From assembly GCA_946965045.2 (NCBI GenBank), contig OX337229.1, positions 62,001-126,000 of the forward strand: a stretch of DNA of 64,000 nt. The letters run 5' to 3'. Under the pieces are notes generated by a model that saw nothing but the letters and a program-made list of their open reading frames with translations, was not told the DNA's origin and searched no databases. The DNA is from Epithemia pelagica. Taxonomy: Eukaryota; Protista; Bacillariophyta. The translations under genes were made by a program, and so were the position numbers. Shown here piece after piece: positions 21,515 to 33,013 of the stretch; the first letter of the stretch is position 1; the number at the start of each line of letters is the position of its first letter.

Positions 21515-23041
21515 ATGGGACCCCTGTTCCTGCTGTGGCTCTTGTTGTTGGGCTGGATGGACTGGCAGTCGTCCACCATGGCCTTTGTCCTACAACCGAA
21601 TACTGCGGCAACCACACGACAACAACAACGACAACAACAACAACAAGTGTGGGAGAATGATTCATTGTGGGGAAGAAGGACATGTGCACCCTTTCAACCA
21701 CCACAACGACAACGCCACTGGTTCGTCGTCGGAGGACGACTCCAGGCCACGACATCCTCCTCCTCCAAGACATCGACGCCTTGGACGACGAGTACCAATA
21801 CCACTGCTACTAGTACTACTACGAATGCCACCACGGCAAATTCGACCGTCACGGCCAAGCAAAAGAACCCCCAACACAAAAAGGCAAAGGGCAAGAGCAA
21901 ACGCAACTCCAAAGACGAAACACAAACATCACACCAAGAAACAACCAATAGTACATCTATTACGGAAACGGCCGACCAGGATGCCACCACCACCATGGAC
22001 TCTAGGAATGCATCCCTGGAACAAGACCTTGACGACGACGACGATGGATCCATGAATGATTCGACCGCCAACACTAATACCACTGTGGACAATACCAACC
22101 AGTTGGACTCTCATGAGGAGGAGGAGGAGGAGGAGGAAGAAGATTCCGACGACGACAAGGTGACGACGAAAGCAATGGACGACGAACCGACCAATGGCGC
22201 AGTGGAGGAGTTGGTGGAACCACCGACACTGGAACAAGATCAAGAAGAAGATGACGAAGATGACCAAGAAAGTGACGAACCGACAGAGTTGGAGAATGAA
22301 AATGACTCGACCACAACCACAACGACAGCATCCACCACCACCACCACGAATGCTGCCTTTCCGGCCATTGTTGATGCCCAGGTCGAAGCCAAAAAAGTCC
22401 ATCCCCTGTTGGATCCGTATTTCATGGGATCCCCACCCTCCCCACCCTGGAGTCCGCCCGACTCCTCGGGCAAACGAACAACAACAAGTAGTGGTCCCGA
22501 TCCCACCACGGCACCGGCCTTGGATTTGGACGAATACGATGTCATTCTCTTGTATCCCACACCCCAAAGTCCCTTGCACTTGATGGAAACGGTCGATGGT
22601 CATGTGGCCTTTGGTGGCTATGTCCTTCCCGAACAACCCTGTAGTACGATTCGCAATGTCGGCGATGTCCTCTTGTCGATTGACGGTGTGTCAACCGAGG
22701 GCTGTACCCTGAATCAAATTGAAGCGTGGTTGACGGACCAAGCGCGTCGCCAACCGTATAGTTTTTGTCGGTTTCGATCCGTCGTTTTGCCCACCACCGT
22801 CTTGTCGCCCACCACGGGCGAATTGGCCGGGGCCACGGGCGGACACTTGCCCGGCGAACGACAACGCTACGTGTTGGAACAAGAATTGGTGTGGTTGGGC
22901 CATCAAGTGGAGGAAACCCAACAGCAATTGCAGCACTTGCAAAGCACGATTTATACCAAGAAGCAAGAATTGAAACGATTGCGACTCGCCGATTTGGAAT
23001 GGATGGAACGCAAATCGGGAGAATTGGAATATCAAATCTAA
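21515..23041 (+). CDS. Putative plastid-targeted protein with PDZ-like domain and coiled coil; the frame reopens after the TAA to 23593
   Basis: Signal peptide ending TMA|FVLQP (Phe at +1). PDZ-like segment VGDVLLSIDGVSTEGCTLNQI. Confidence 0.65.
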   Translation: MGPLFLLWLLLLGWMDWQSSTMAFVLQPNTAATTRQQQRQQQQQVWENDSLWGRRTCAPFQPPQRQRHWFVVGGRLQATTSSSSKTSTPWTTSTNTTATSTTTNATTANSTVTAKQKNPQHKKAKGKSKRNSKDETQTSHQETTNSTSITETADQDATTTMDSRNASLEQDLDDDDDGSMNDSTANTNTTVDNTNQLDSHEEEEEEEEEDSDDDKVTTKAMDDEPTNGAVEELVEPPTLEQDQEEDDEDDQESDEPTELENENDSTTTTTTASTTTTTNAAFPAIVDAQVEAKKVHPLLDPYFMGSPPSPPWSPPDSSGKRTTTSSGPDPTTAPALDLDEYDVILLYPTPQSPLHLMETVDGHVAFGGYVLPEQPCSTIRNVGDVLLSIDGVSTEGCTLNQIEAWLTDQARRQPYSFCRFRSVVLPTTVLSPTTGELAGATGGHLPGERQRYVLEQELVWLGHQVEETQQQLQHLQSTIYTKKQELKRLRLADLEWMERKSGELEYQI

Positions 23042-24051
23042 TCCAGACGACCGACCGACAAGAATGAAGACATGAATTCCTACAAGAACAAGAAGAGAGT
23101 TTCGGTGGGTTGGATGCCAATCCTGGAGCAGCCGAGAATCCTGCCATGGACCGTGTCGTCGTCGTCGTGCGCATGTGAAGTGCCTCGCAAACACACATTT
23201 CGCCACAACAACAACCACAACAGGCGACTACCTACCGATCGACGAGAGAGGTGTGCGGGAGCGAACATGTCATTCTTTCTTGGTGCCGTCCGTGATTGGG
23301 ACTCGGCTCTCTCTCTCCAAGAACAAGGCGAGAAAATCCAAAACGATGACAAAGACGAGTTGGACCCGGACCACACAACGTACTCCTTGTGTCACGGCAC
23401 TATCCTCCAAACATTCGGCACGTTGTGGTGGCGGCCCAAAAGAAGATTTACGACCTGCCTTGACGGGAATGTTGAGGTTTGGATCCTTGTGGAATTCTTC
23501 TCTCTAGTAGTTAGCAAGTTCTATACTGACTGTAGCATCATATATTGTGTCTTTTCTTTTTGTTGCAGTGGTAATGGGACTGTCTCTGGATGATTTGTTG
23601 GGACACTTTTGCTGTGGTGTGCCGGATCTCGAAGAAGAACCTACGTATAACGTATAGGCGTAGACCACCAGTCTCTGTGGTTGTGTTGAGGTGTGCCAAC
23701 GAAGAGATGTGGGTGTCTTATGGTGAGCGGTTACGATGTGGAGATTCCTCGCCCGGCGCATGGGCTTGTGCGGGCATGCTCCAGAGTCACTGTCCTATTG
23801 ACTACCTGTATCTATTCATTATTATGTTCATGCTTGCTCCTTCATCCGGTGACGCCGCATTTGTATCGGGCATGCTCGCAGCTCGGAACCAAACGGTGGC
23901 CGTTGGTGTCGTTTGCTTTGAACCATGTTGGCTGTTTCTTTTCGACACAATCAAACCAAAGAGAGTCCTCGCTCTCTCTCGACTCTCGACAAGAGATCCA
24001 CCAACAACACACATTCATTATTCATTCGATTGATTCTAGTGCCGGGGCAGG

Positions 24052-25599
24052 ATGATTCTGGAGGATCCAAGCATCACCACCACCACTAACAAGAGTTCCA
24101 CCATGCTCCGCTCACCATCCACCAGGTGGTTGCGTCGTGGTGGTCGTCGTCCATTCTTGGGCCGCATGGCACTTGTGATTCCCGTTGGATTGGCCGTGTT
24201 GGTGGCCGTGGTTCCAGTGCTCTTCCCAATCCTACTACTACCACACCACCACGAAGAGGATCGTCGTCATCTCGAATTGGAACGATTGACCAGTCTGGAA
24301 TTCTTGCCACAACACCAAAACCAAACCAACAACAACCTTACCAACCCAAGCATTTCTCAGAACCATTCTACTACAACGGATACTCGGAACCATTCGACTG
24401 CGACGGATCGTACTACTACTACTACCCAAGAGACGCATACGACAAAGGAAGAACTGTCCTACCAAGCGCAATTTGATTTATCTACGCAATTGGATCCCAC
24501 GCAACCCGTCTTGGCCTATGCGCCGACGCGATTTTATTCCGGCTTTTGCAACGAGGTCATGGCCTTTACGGCCTTTCTCATGTATGCCATGGATCACAAT
24601 TTTACGCAAGTACTATTGACCAGTTTGCATTGGAAGGACTTGTTTGGGACCAATCAACGCATTGCTCATGAGGACTTGTTTGACGTTGTGCATTGGAATC
24701 AACACTATGCAACCTTCAATACCAACAACAGCAAACCCCCTCTGCCACGTTTGGTGGTGCATCATCCCTCCTTGATTCACATGCGATCCAACAGTCAGTG
24801 GCTCGTCAAGTCGGACAATGCCACCCTGCCCTACGGGTACGGCAAACAAACCAAACTCTTTGTCGCCTACAAGCAGTATACCAAGGGGATTCACCATCAA
24901 CCTCCCGAGCATGGTCGACACCAGGCCGATTTGGCCCTCATGCAAGGCGCCTTTCGACCGCATCCGGACCTGGCACACCTGATTCACTCCATTCAGACTC
25001 GCATGCTGGAAACACCACCACCCTTGTCGTCGTCATCGTCGTCGTCTTCCGCGGCGGCTGGTTCGCCACCACCCACTGGTTACATGTGTTTGCATGCTCG
25101 CATTGAACCGGATATGCAACATCATCGTCCCTGCAAAAGTCAAAAGGAAACGCGCTTGGCCAATATTGTCCAAGGCTTGTATCAGGCCTTTCCCGAACCA
25201 CCGGTCCAACACGTTTTGATCATTTTGAATCGTCCCTTGTTGGAACGCGAAAATTTCACCGCCAATCCCGTGGCTCGGGAAAATTTGCAAGTCCTCAATC
25301 AAGTGCGTCGCGATGGACTGTGGAATGGAACGGTTCGCGTCCAGGAAGCCGGTACGGGCAGTTTGCCCCGCACGTCGTGGTATGGCAAACACGCGCCCAG
25401 TGTGGCGGGCAGTCTCGTGAATTATCAATTGGCCTTGCAATCGGATATCTTTGTCGGTGCGCCCATTTCCAGTTATGCCATGCATCTCTTTGCCACTCGC
25501 TATCATGCTCGCCAGAATGCCACCAATTACCTCTACTTGCCGAATCAAGTCGTCCAACGCATCGATCCAACGCGAGAACCACCCCGATTTGCCTGTTGA
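24052..25599 (+). CDS. GDP-fucose O-fucosyltransferase-family type II membrane protein
   Basis: N-terminal TM anchor, then YSGFCNEVMAF, YMCLHARIEPDM and LVNYQLALQSDIFVGAPISSY motifs. Confidence 0.82.
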   Translation: MILEDPSITTTTNKSSTMLRSPSTRWLRRGGRRPFLGRMALVIPVGLAVLVAVVPVLFPILLLPHHHEEDRRHLELERLTSLEFLPQHQNQTNNNLTNPSISQNHSTTTDTRNHSTATDRTTTTTQETHTTKEELSYQAQFDLSTQLDPTQPVLAYAPTRFYSGFCNEVMAFTAFLMYAMDHNFTQVLLTSLHWKDLFGTNQRIAHEDLFDVVHWNQHYATFNTNNSKPPLPRLVVHHPSLIHMRSNSQWLVKSDNATLPYGYGKQTKLFVAYKQYTKGIHHQPPEHGRHQADLALMQGAFRPHPDLAHLIHSIQTRMLETPPPLSSSSSSSSAAAGSPPPTGYMCLHARIEPDMQHHRPCKSQKETRLANIVQGLYQAFPEPPVQHVLIILNRPLLERENFTANPVARENLQVLNQVRRDGLWNGTVRVQEAGTGSLPRTSWYGKHAPSVAGSLVNYQLALQSDIFVGAPISSYAMHLFATRYHARQNATNYLYLPNQVVQRIDPTREPPRFAC

Positions 25600-25999
25600 G
25601 ATGGAGACAAATGACGATGAATGACGGTACGTACGCGAACCAACACAACACCCAAATGCCCGAAACACTTGAGGAGAGCCAACGGACCAGGCCCTCCGTC
25701 ACAATCGTACGCCAAAGAAATGGTACGGTCGATTCCATGGTCACGAGCGCAGGACCATGAGAGACCAAACGAGGTAGATTCCTTTCTTGTGTGTGTGTGT
25801 TGGGGAGAGCCACCCCGATCCGACAGACTGGATCCGGTGGAAGAAAAGAAGAAGAAGAAGAAGTTATGTAGATTCTTTTGTCCTTCATAACATTATTCAT
25901 TGTGGAACACGTACTGCGGAAAGTATGCTCCAACTTTTAGACTTTTTCTAGGCGTAGTAGGAGTAGTGTGTCGGCGCAAGTTCTTTTGGTTTTAATGTG

Positions 26000-26941
26000 G
26001 CTCTTGGTAAGAAGAGTGGGCATCTCTTCCGCAAGCCCGCTGGCGACGTCAACGCGGCCACAAATACAGCGGGTATTTTTTGTTGTTTAGGGAAGCGGAG
26101 GAATCAATGGATTCTCCAGGGGCAACTATGGCACTCTTCCCCAATGGCACAGAGACCGAAGTCTCCATGCCATACCTGGTGACACAAGGACAAAGTCCTC
26201 ATGCCACCAGGGTTTTGTGATGGCATAGGTGACACAAGGACAAAGTCCTCGTGCCACCAGGGTTTTGTAATGGCATAGGTGGCACAAGGACTCAGTCCTT
26301 GTGCCACCAAGGTTTTGTGAAATTGTGGAAGCCCGGAGGAATCAATGGATTCTCCAGGGGCAACTATGGCACTCTTCCTCAATGGCACAGAGACCAAAGT
26401 CTCCATGCCATACCTGGTGACACAAGGACAGAGTCCTCGTGCCACCAGGGTTTTGTGATAACACCGACAACCGACACACCAACAAGGACGTCTCCGATCT
26501 CCGACAAGGTCTCTAGCTAGACTCAGCTGATGTAGGAGTAGGAGTAGAATTTAAAACAATGTCGTTAGAAACAGAAGAAGTGGTAGAGTGAGTAGGGTGA
26601 GGAGGAAAGATTCATTACCGACACCACCGTGCGCACGTACCACTGGCAACCGACAACCGACTTGTTTCAACTGCACCACTAGATACCCCTACCCGCGGAC
26701 AAAAGACGAGCGGATCGTCGAACGTGCACCATTCGGCGTGCCTTTTTGGAGTAGGCAACAGTAAGGATCCTGCCCAAACGCGTGGAGTCCTCGGGGCCGG
26801 AGGAACTCTCGATCACGCTTTGGGAGGCATTCTCATCCATGTGAGGCAAGGTATCTTTTCGGGTGGGGGTGGGGAAAGGAGGGGTGGCGACCATGGAAGA
26901 AGGGGTAGAATTTCGAGGGGGTGAGTCGTGCCCCAAAGTGA

Positions 26942-27015
<74 letters not shown>

Positions 27016-27727
27016 GGGATGAGCGCGGGTTCAGGCTCAGGACGGTCGACTGGAACCAGAGGGGTCTCCTCGTCGTCCTCGAGATCGTCTGCGAGTGCGA
27101 GAGGAGGGAAGTCCAAGTCAGCGTCGAACTCGCAAGGCAGAACAGCAACAGTGTCGACGTCGACCGCCTCCTCGCGATCGCGAATCTCCATCTCTCCATC
27201 TTCCTGCCGACCATTCTTGCAGTTCTTCGCAGCAAGCTTTGCTTCGGCAATGGCCAGCTGTTGTTGAAGCTGAGCTTTGTCGTGTCGAAGCTGTCGAAGC
27301 TCCGCATGTTCGTGTCGAAGCTCCGCGTGTTCGCTACTTGTAGTACGACTTTTCTTGTTGAAAATGACCCGAAACAGGTGTTGGACGATAAGTTTCGCCT
27401 CATCGAGGACATCAGCGACACCGTAACACAGTATGAGAGTCACAAAAGGAGCAACTAACAGAGCCCATTCGGAGCTGATCATCTTTTCGTAACAGTAATC
27501 ACAATCACACATCATCATGGTCAATCGTATTTTTGGTCAATCGTATTTTGTTTTTGTGCGTGTTGGATTGTTGCGTGTTGTTGTTGTTGGCGTTTCGTGT
27601 TGTTTGGCGATCGGACCATGGAGATTGCGAGGCAGCGGGGTCGGTTTATACGAACGCGTCGGGGCAATGTTTGTTGAACGCACCTCGAGGGCCGATGGCA
27701 GCAACTACACAACAATCAACCGTCGGG
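26000..27727. repeat. Dispersed unit, copy 2 (see 7749-9571)
   Basis: Colinear similarity. Contains a 238-bp duplication with three 50-bp hairpin subunits. Confidence 0.9.
26679..27524 (-). CDS. Paralogue of 8388-9329 with a 23-Asp run, ending RRSARLLSAGRGI
   Basis: 281-aa ORF. (GTC)23 at 26946-27014. Confidence 0.65.
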
Positions 27728-27999
27728 GGCAACGGAGTTCCAAGACGAGGGTCCGCACCACATGGCTGCAAAAGGGCACAACAGGAACGTTCCGACGGCA
27801 TGGATCCTTCCTACTCCTACATAAAAGGCAATCACATGCTGGAGCCAAACTACAAACTACCTATACGAGCAAGGTGAAAAATGGCTGGTAAACCATGTTT
27901 CTTCCTGCGGACAACACCAAAACAACAACAATCCACCATGGCGAAGGAGCGCACCGACTTGACTCATCCATCAACCTGCGCTACGAACTTGGTTGTATA

Positions 28000-28084
28000 C
28001 CATGCACTTGTTTGCCACTCCCTATCACAGCAATAATGCCACCAACTATCTTTACTTGCCAAATCAAGTTGTCCAACGAATCGA
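28000..28084 (+). pseudogene. Diverged copy of the 3' end of the O-fucosyltransferase gene
   Basis: MHLFATPYHSNNATNYLYLPNQVVQRIE versus MHLFATRYHARQNATNYLYLPNQVVQRID (25478-25565). Confidence 0.85.
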
Positions 28085-28607
28085 ATACTCTGTTACTACG
28101 AACAGGCGACGAACAAAGTCCCCCTGCCAACAAGTTGCATGGTATAAAACAATCCAGGTGGTGGCATGTTTGTGGTGTCTCTGTGCGTTTGCCAAACGGG
28201 TTCCGCCTCGGCAAACCCAAACAGTTCCATCATCCCCTCTCTGTCTTTCTTTGTCTCGGACCTGTGCAGGAAGCAATGTGCGAACCAAATGGTAGAGGAT
28301 GATGATGGGCTTGTCGATTTTACGACACACGAATATCCAAAGTCTCTTTTGTTGCATGTCCGGAGACAGTCCTCCCCGTATGGCTGTCGGAGCCCCAAAC
28401 GTGCTTTGGAAACAGACGAGTTGTTGCAGTTTGTCCATACACACTACTGCTACGCCTAGAAGGATGTGTCGTTGCTAGAAAGAGAGAATATATGAACTAG
28501 TACTGGGTATGGATACTGTTTAACAAATACACAAGTGCTGCTCCAAACACACACAAATCACGGAATTGTGAAACACGGTACAGGTCCTTGATGACGGACT
28601 GCCGTCA

Positions 28608-28635
28608 TGTGTGTGTGTGTGTGTGTGTGTGTGTG
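28608..28635. repeat. (TG)n microsatellite
   Basis: Read directly from the sequence. Confidence 0.95.
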
Positions 28636-28687
28636 CTCACATTTTATTGACTAGACCACAATGACACTCGGCTTGTGTCTACCGAGC

Positions 28688-31600
28688 TTAAAAGGGCTTG
28701 GAGGAATCTAGACCGGCCAAGGCACCCGTCAAATCGCCACACTGCAAAAAGTACTCAAAACTCTCCCAGGCCGTACGGCTCGTCGCGGAGCTGTCGTCTT
28801 TGGAAGTGCCATTGTCAAAGCCTTCCATGAGCATCGTGTTGATTTGGGGAATGTCCATCATTGTGAAGCGTGGTTCTTTGCTATTGGGGCCTCCATAATG
28901 CTCATTTGGTGTCACAATGGCGGATAAGACAGTTTTGGCATTGGTGCCCTTGGCGGCTGCCGTCTTTTTGTTAATTTTGCGGGCTTCGGCCAAGGTTCGC
29001 AAGAGTTCCGTCCGTTCTTCGAGCTTGGCCAATTCTTCTTCGTCCAAGTCTTGCATGACCTCACCGATTTCGCTCAAGGCCACCACGTGCACGGCAAACT
29101 GTGTTCGGAGTTGTGACATGCGCGCCCGGATGCGTTCCAGTTCTTGCTGATGCTTGGCAATGTCCGACTTGAGATCGCGTCGACGTCGAGCAATCTTGAC
29201 GGCAGTCTTTTCAAATTTGGAAGCAATCGCAAGGGTTGCCGTCAATTCTTCCTCCTTCTTTTCATCATCATCATTATCACTCAGAGGGTCGGACGAGTCA
29301 CGACCTTGTGGATCTTGATATGTTCCGACGGGTTCCTGTTGCTTGAGTGATTGGGATGGTGAAGAAGAAGAACAAGCTGCTGTTGCTGTTGCTAAAACTG
29401 GATGAAACAATTCACAATCCAACTCTCGAGCGGCCCTAGTAGAGGATGCTTCGTCTTCATCGGTGGTTGTTGTTGTGGGACCTTCGGGCAACTCAATGGG
29501 TGTCACGGCATAATTGGCAATGTCAAGATCGTTGTGAACGATTGGTGACGTCGGAGGCTTGGCCGCGGATCGTGTGGGAGACGAGGGGGGAGAAAGTTCC
29601 GACAATGGCCATGGCAGTGACTGCACCATGTTGGTAACTGCAAAGGTTTCTTGTGTTGCCTCCGTCGTGGCAGGATGTTGGTCGTTATTATTCTTGGTTT
29701 CTTCGACCGCTGGATCTTGAGGAGTTTGCTTTGGTTGTGTCTGTTCCGATACCGATGGTACTGTTGCTGGTGTTTCAACACCTTCCCGTGTTTCGATTGG
29801 TTTTACGGTCTGTCCTTGGGAGTGTCCTTGTAGATAAGACGGAAGGGGAAGAGTGGGACAGGCTGGTGGTTTTGCATCATCGTCGTCGTCATTATCCATG
29901 GACAAAATTCTCTTGGGTACACAGCCAAGAATCATGTCAGATGGGGCCTTGCCGCTTGCACCCTCTGTTCCCTTGTCTTGGCCTTCAACTGTACCTTTGT
30001 CTTGGTCTTGACCTGTACCCATGTTTTGGCCTTGAATGGCGGGCGGTTGCTTGGCCCATGCTTCCAGGTTGGCTTTGGCACTGGCCGCTACATTTTCAGC
30101 CATGCACGCTGTGAAGGAGCAATCGACGGCCGAGTCCGGTCCTACCGCTGTCGAAGCGGAAGCAGCAGCAGCCGTTGCCGATGCCCGGGCGGATGCCACA
30201 GCTGATGTCGCCGAGTTGGCATAGTGCATCAAGGTCGAGGATATCATGTCGGGACAGGCTTGACCATTGTCTTGAGGTGCTGTCGGAAGGCTCCGTACAA
30301 TCATCCGGTTGGCATCCGTCAGAGTTTCCACCGCTGCTCCATCGTTAGTATTCATGGATGCGATTTGCGACTGTGGCACTTCCATATCTGTGCTGGGAAG
30401 TGTTCCAACTTGTGCATTCGCAGTAGTCTCTGGTTGCGTGACTGGAGGAGATTCCGGTACCGCGCAATCGCGCTGTTGCATCTGTGGAACGGTCTCGAGA
30501 TTGGATACAGGAACAGCCGCTTCGGGTGGTACAGTCTCCAAAGTGGATGCGCCGATTGCCACTTCCGATTGCGGTACAGTCTCCAGAGTGGATGCACCAA
30601 CAGCACCTCCTGATTGCGGTGGCGCCGATTCCAATGGTGGAGAAGCCGTTTCTAGGGATGGGACAGCAACCATCTCAGGTTGAGGAGTCGAATGCGCCAC
30701 CTGAGGTTGATCTGGTGGTACTGGTACTGTGACAAGATCCTGGTTCGAAAGTCCGTTAGCTTGTGGTTGCTCTGTGTTAGTGGCTAGTGTCACTGACGGA
30801 GCACTCGAACTCGTGGTATCGTTGGTATGAGGTGCTGTCAAAGGCTCGCTCGTGATTGGGCTCGACATGAGGGACAATGCAGTGGTTTCGGCCGGAGCCA
30901 CTAGTTCGTTGGACACGGAATGGTCTTGAGGTGGTGGTGATGGGGGAGGAGGAGGCATCAATCCCAGGGTCGAAGGTGGTACCGAAATTTCACTGTACTC
31001 TCCCAACACGGATGGTTCAAACAAGGCCACTTGACGGGTTGCCGTCAAATCCACAGGTGTCAAGTGCGGTGTTGGTGCTGCCTCGTTGTCGTCCTTGGTA
31101 GAAAGTCTGGTTTCGGGTTCGGGAAGGGGAGGTTTGGCACGAAGGCTCTGGAGTGTTATTGTCGTTGCGGGTTCGGTGGATATCTCTTCTTCATGTTGCA
31201 CAAAGACATCTCCTCCCGATAGGGTTGATTCGGTTAGGGGAATGGCGGGTACGGCAGAGTCTTGTACATTGGCCTCTTCCTCTGCTTGTTCGTTTGCCAC
31301 TTTGGGAGCACGTCCCGGTGTTGAGGGAGCCACATCATTTGTTGTGGGTGGGTCAACAATCGGTTCTTCTTCTTGTCCTGGTTCAACAACCACGTCGACG
31401 ACAGATTCTTGGACAAGGGGTGTGGATGGACTTGCCGTCGTCGTCGTGCTTGTCCTTGTTGGCGGCTCATCCACACTCATCACTGGAGGAGCTTCATTGT
31501 TTGGCTCCACCGGGGACGGCTGAGCTGGAAGAATGGTACTGTTGTGTGTCGTTCGGTCCGTCATTGTTTCGTCGGCGGCAATGGCAATGTCCGTCTGGTC

Positions 31601-33013
31601 ATCATCATTCTTATTCTCATTACTACTACTAATATTCATCTGAGTATGGTCCTGTTGTGGGGTACCAAAAGCCGTATCCGATGGTGTCACTGCTGTTGTT
31701 GTTGTCATGGTTGGAGGAGGCACTGGATTTGTCGTCGGGGCTGCCTCTACTACAGGCACTGGATTCGACGGCGTTGTCTCAATTACGACTTGGTTTTGTT
31801 TGGTTTCGGTTTCGTCTTGTGTGGGGGGAGGAACTAGAGTAGCAGTCAATGGCAACACATTCATGGAGGAGGAGGATTCCATGGCGGTAGGTACCAGCAA
31901 GGACTGCTCCTCCAAAGCTCGTTCCTGTGTTTCTTGTTGCAATTGCTCAAACAAGGACGTCGTAGTAGTAATCGTAGCTGTTTTGTTTTCACTACGGGGC
32001 GCGTTGGGTTCGGTCAATGCCAGAGGAGCATTGGCTCCTGTTGTGGGAGGAGGAGGAGGAGAAGAAGAAGTCACAAGATTCTTCGTCGGTTCTTCCTGTG
32101 TCACTACGGGTCGTGGCGGCGCTGCCACTGCAGCTGGAGCGGGTGGCTCCGTGACATTGGTAGTTGTAGTCAACGCAATGACTGGTACAGCAGAAACTGC
32201 TGTGGTCGTTGCTGTTGTGGAGGAATGGGTTTCAGGGAATACCGTGGTGGTCGGTACGACAGTGGTCGTCTCTTTGCTTTCCATGGGTGTCACAACAAGT
32301 GGTGTAGTGATTGAGGGTCCTGGCGAGGAGGAAGAAGAAGACGGTTGTTCCGGCACGCAAGACCTGGCAATGTTGTCGTTGGTGGTATCGTGGGTGGCAG
32401 TTTCCTCGACCGACACGACCGTGAGAGGAGATGGCGGAATGGATTCCAATCGATGGTTCGGTGAGGACAAGGAGCAGGATTGTGGTGGAACGCCGGATTC
32501 CACAATGGTGGGTGTCGCAGTTGCAGGAGTCATGACATTCAGAGCTTCGGCCACCGGTGCGGACGAAGAATAGTATTCGGGCGGTGGTCGCATCATGAGC
32601 ACCGAAGCGCCATCCCCACCCAAGACCGAAGCGGCTTCTTCTTCTTCCTCATTGCCTGGAATGAAGTGAATTTCCTTGGGCGGTGGAGCTCGGGACGTAG
32701 ATTTGACCAACAAGAGTTCCACATTGGCGGGATCGTTCATATTGTTGTTGTTGTTGGGGTGACGACTCAACTGACTGGGATCGGCCGCTTGTGCCATGAC
32801 AATACTGGTTCGCGAGGCCGTTCGGTCGTCTTCGGTGGCACCACAAGAGGAGGATGAAGATGAAGAGGAGACGTGTTTGTTGCGTACCAGCGATGACGAC
32901 GAAAAGGAGGAAGACGAGGAAGAAACAGAATCAATGATTTCCGAAGCCAAGGCCCCCACTACATCCATATCGTGGTGCACAACGACAAGGATGGAGCAAT
33001 GAATTGAGACCAA
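28688..33013 (-). CDS. Very large low-complexity Pro/Thr/Ser-rich protein with C-terminal coiled coil
   Basis: 1441-aa uninterrupted ORF with short internal repeats (xLETVP). No domain recognised. Confidence 0.8.
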   Translation of the reverse strand: MVSIHCSILVVVHHDMDVVGALASEIIDSVSSSSSSFSSSSLVRNKHVSSSSSSSSCGATEDDRTASRTSIVMAQAADPSQLSRHPNNNNNMNDPANVELLLVKSTSRAPPPKEIHFIPGNEEEEEAASVLGGDGASVLMMRPPPEYYSSSAPVAEALNVMTPATATPTIVESGVPPQSCSLSSPNHRLESIPPSPLTVVSVEETATHDTTNDNIARSCVPEQPSSSSSSPGPSITTPLVVTPMESKETTTVVPTTTVFPETHSSTTATTTAVSAVPVIALTTTTNVTEPPAPAAVAAPPRPVVTQEEPTKNLVTSSSPPPPPTTGANAPLALTEPNAPRSENKTATITTTTSLFEQLQQETQERALEEQSLLVPTAMESSSSMNVLPLTATLVPPPTQDETETKQNQVVIETTPSNPVPVVEAAPTTNPVPPPTMTTTTAVTPSDTAFGTPQQDHTQMNISSSNENKNDDDQTDIAIAADETMTDRTTHNSTILPAQPSPVEPNNEAPPVMSVDEPPTRTSTTTTASPSTPLVQESVVDVVVEPGQEEEPIVDPPTTNDVAPSTPGRAPKVANEQAEEEANVQDSAVPAIPLTESTLSGGDVFVQHEEEISTEPATTITLQSLRAKPPLPEPETRLSTKDDNEAAPTPHLTPVDLTATRQVALFEPSVLGEYSEISVPPSTLGLMPPPPPSPPPQDHSVSNELVAPAETTALSLMSSPITSEPLTAPHTNDTTSSSAPSVTLATNTEQPQANGLSNQDLVTVPVPPDQPQVAHSTPQPEMVAVPSLETASPPLESAPPQSGGAVGASTLETVPQSEVAIGASTLETVPPEAAVPVSNLETVPQMQQRDCAVPESPPVTQPETTANAQVGTLPSTDMEVPQSQIASMNTNDGAAVETLTDANRMIVRSLPTAPQDNGQACPDMISSTLMHYANSATSAVASARASATAAAASASTAVGPDSAVDCSFTACMAENVAASAKANLEAWAKQPPAIQGQNMGTGQDQDKGTVEGQDKGTEGASGKAPSDMILGCVPKRILSMDNDDDDDAKPPACPTLPLPSYLQGHSQGQTVKPIETREGVETPATVPSVSEQTQPKQTPQDPAVEETKNNNDQHPATTEATQETFAVTNMVQSLPWPLSELSPPSSPTRSAAKPPTSPIVHNDLDIANYAVTPIELPEGPTTTTTDEDEASSTRAARELDCELFHPVLATATAACSSSSPSQSLKQQEPVGTYQDPQGRDSSDPLSDNDDDEKKEEELTATLAIASKFEKTAVKIARRRRDLKSDIAKHQQELERIRARMSQLRTQFAVHVVALSEIGEVMQDLDEEELAKLEERTELLRTLAEARKINKKTAAAKGTNAKTVLSAIVTPNEHYGGPNSKEPRFTMMDIPQINTMLMEGFDNGTSKDDSSATSRTAWESFEYFLQCGDLTGALAGLDSSKPF

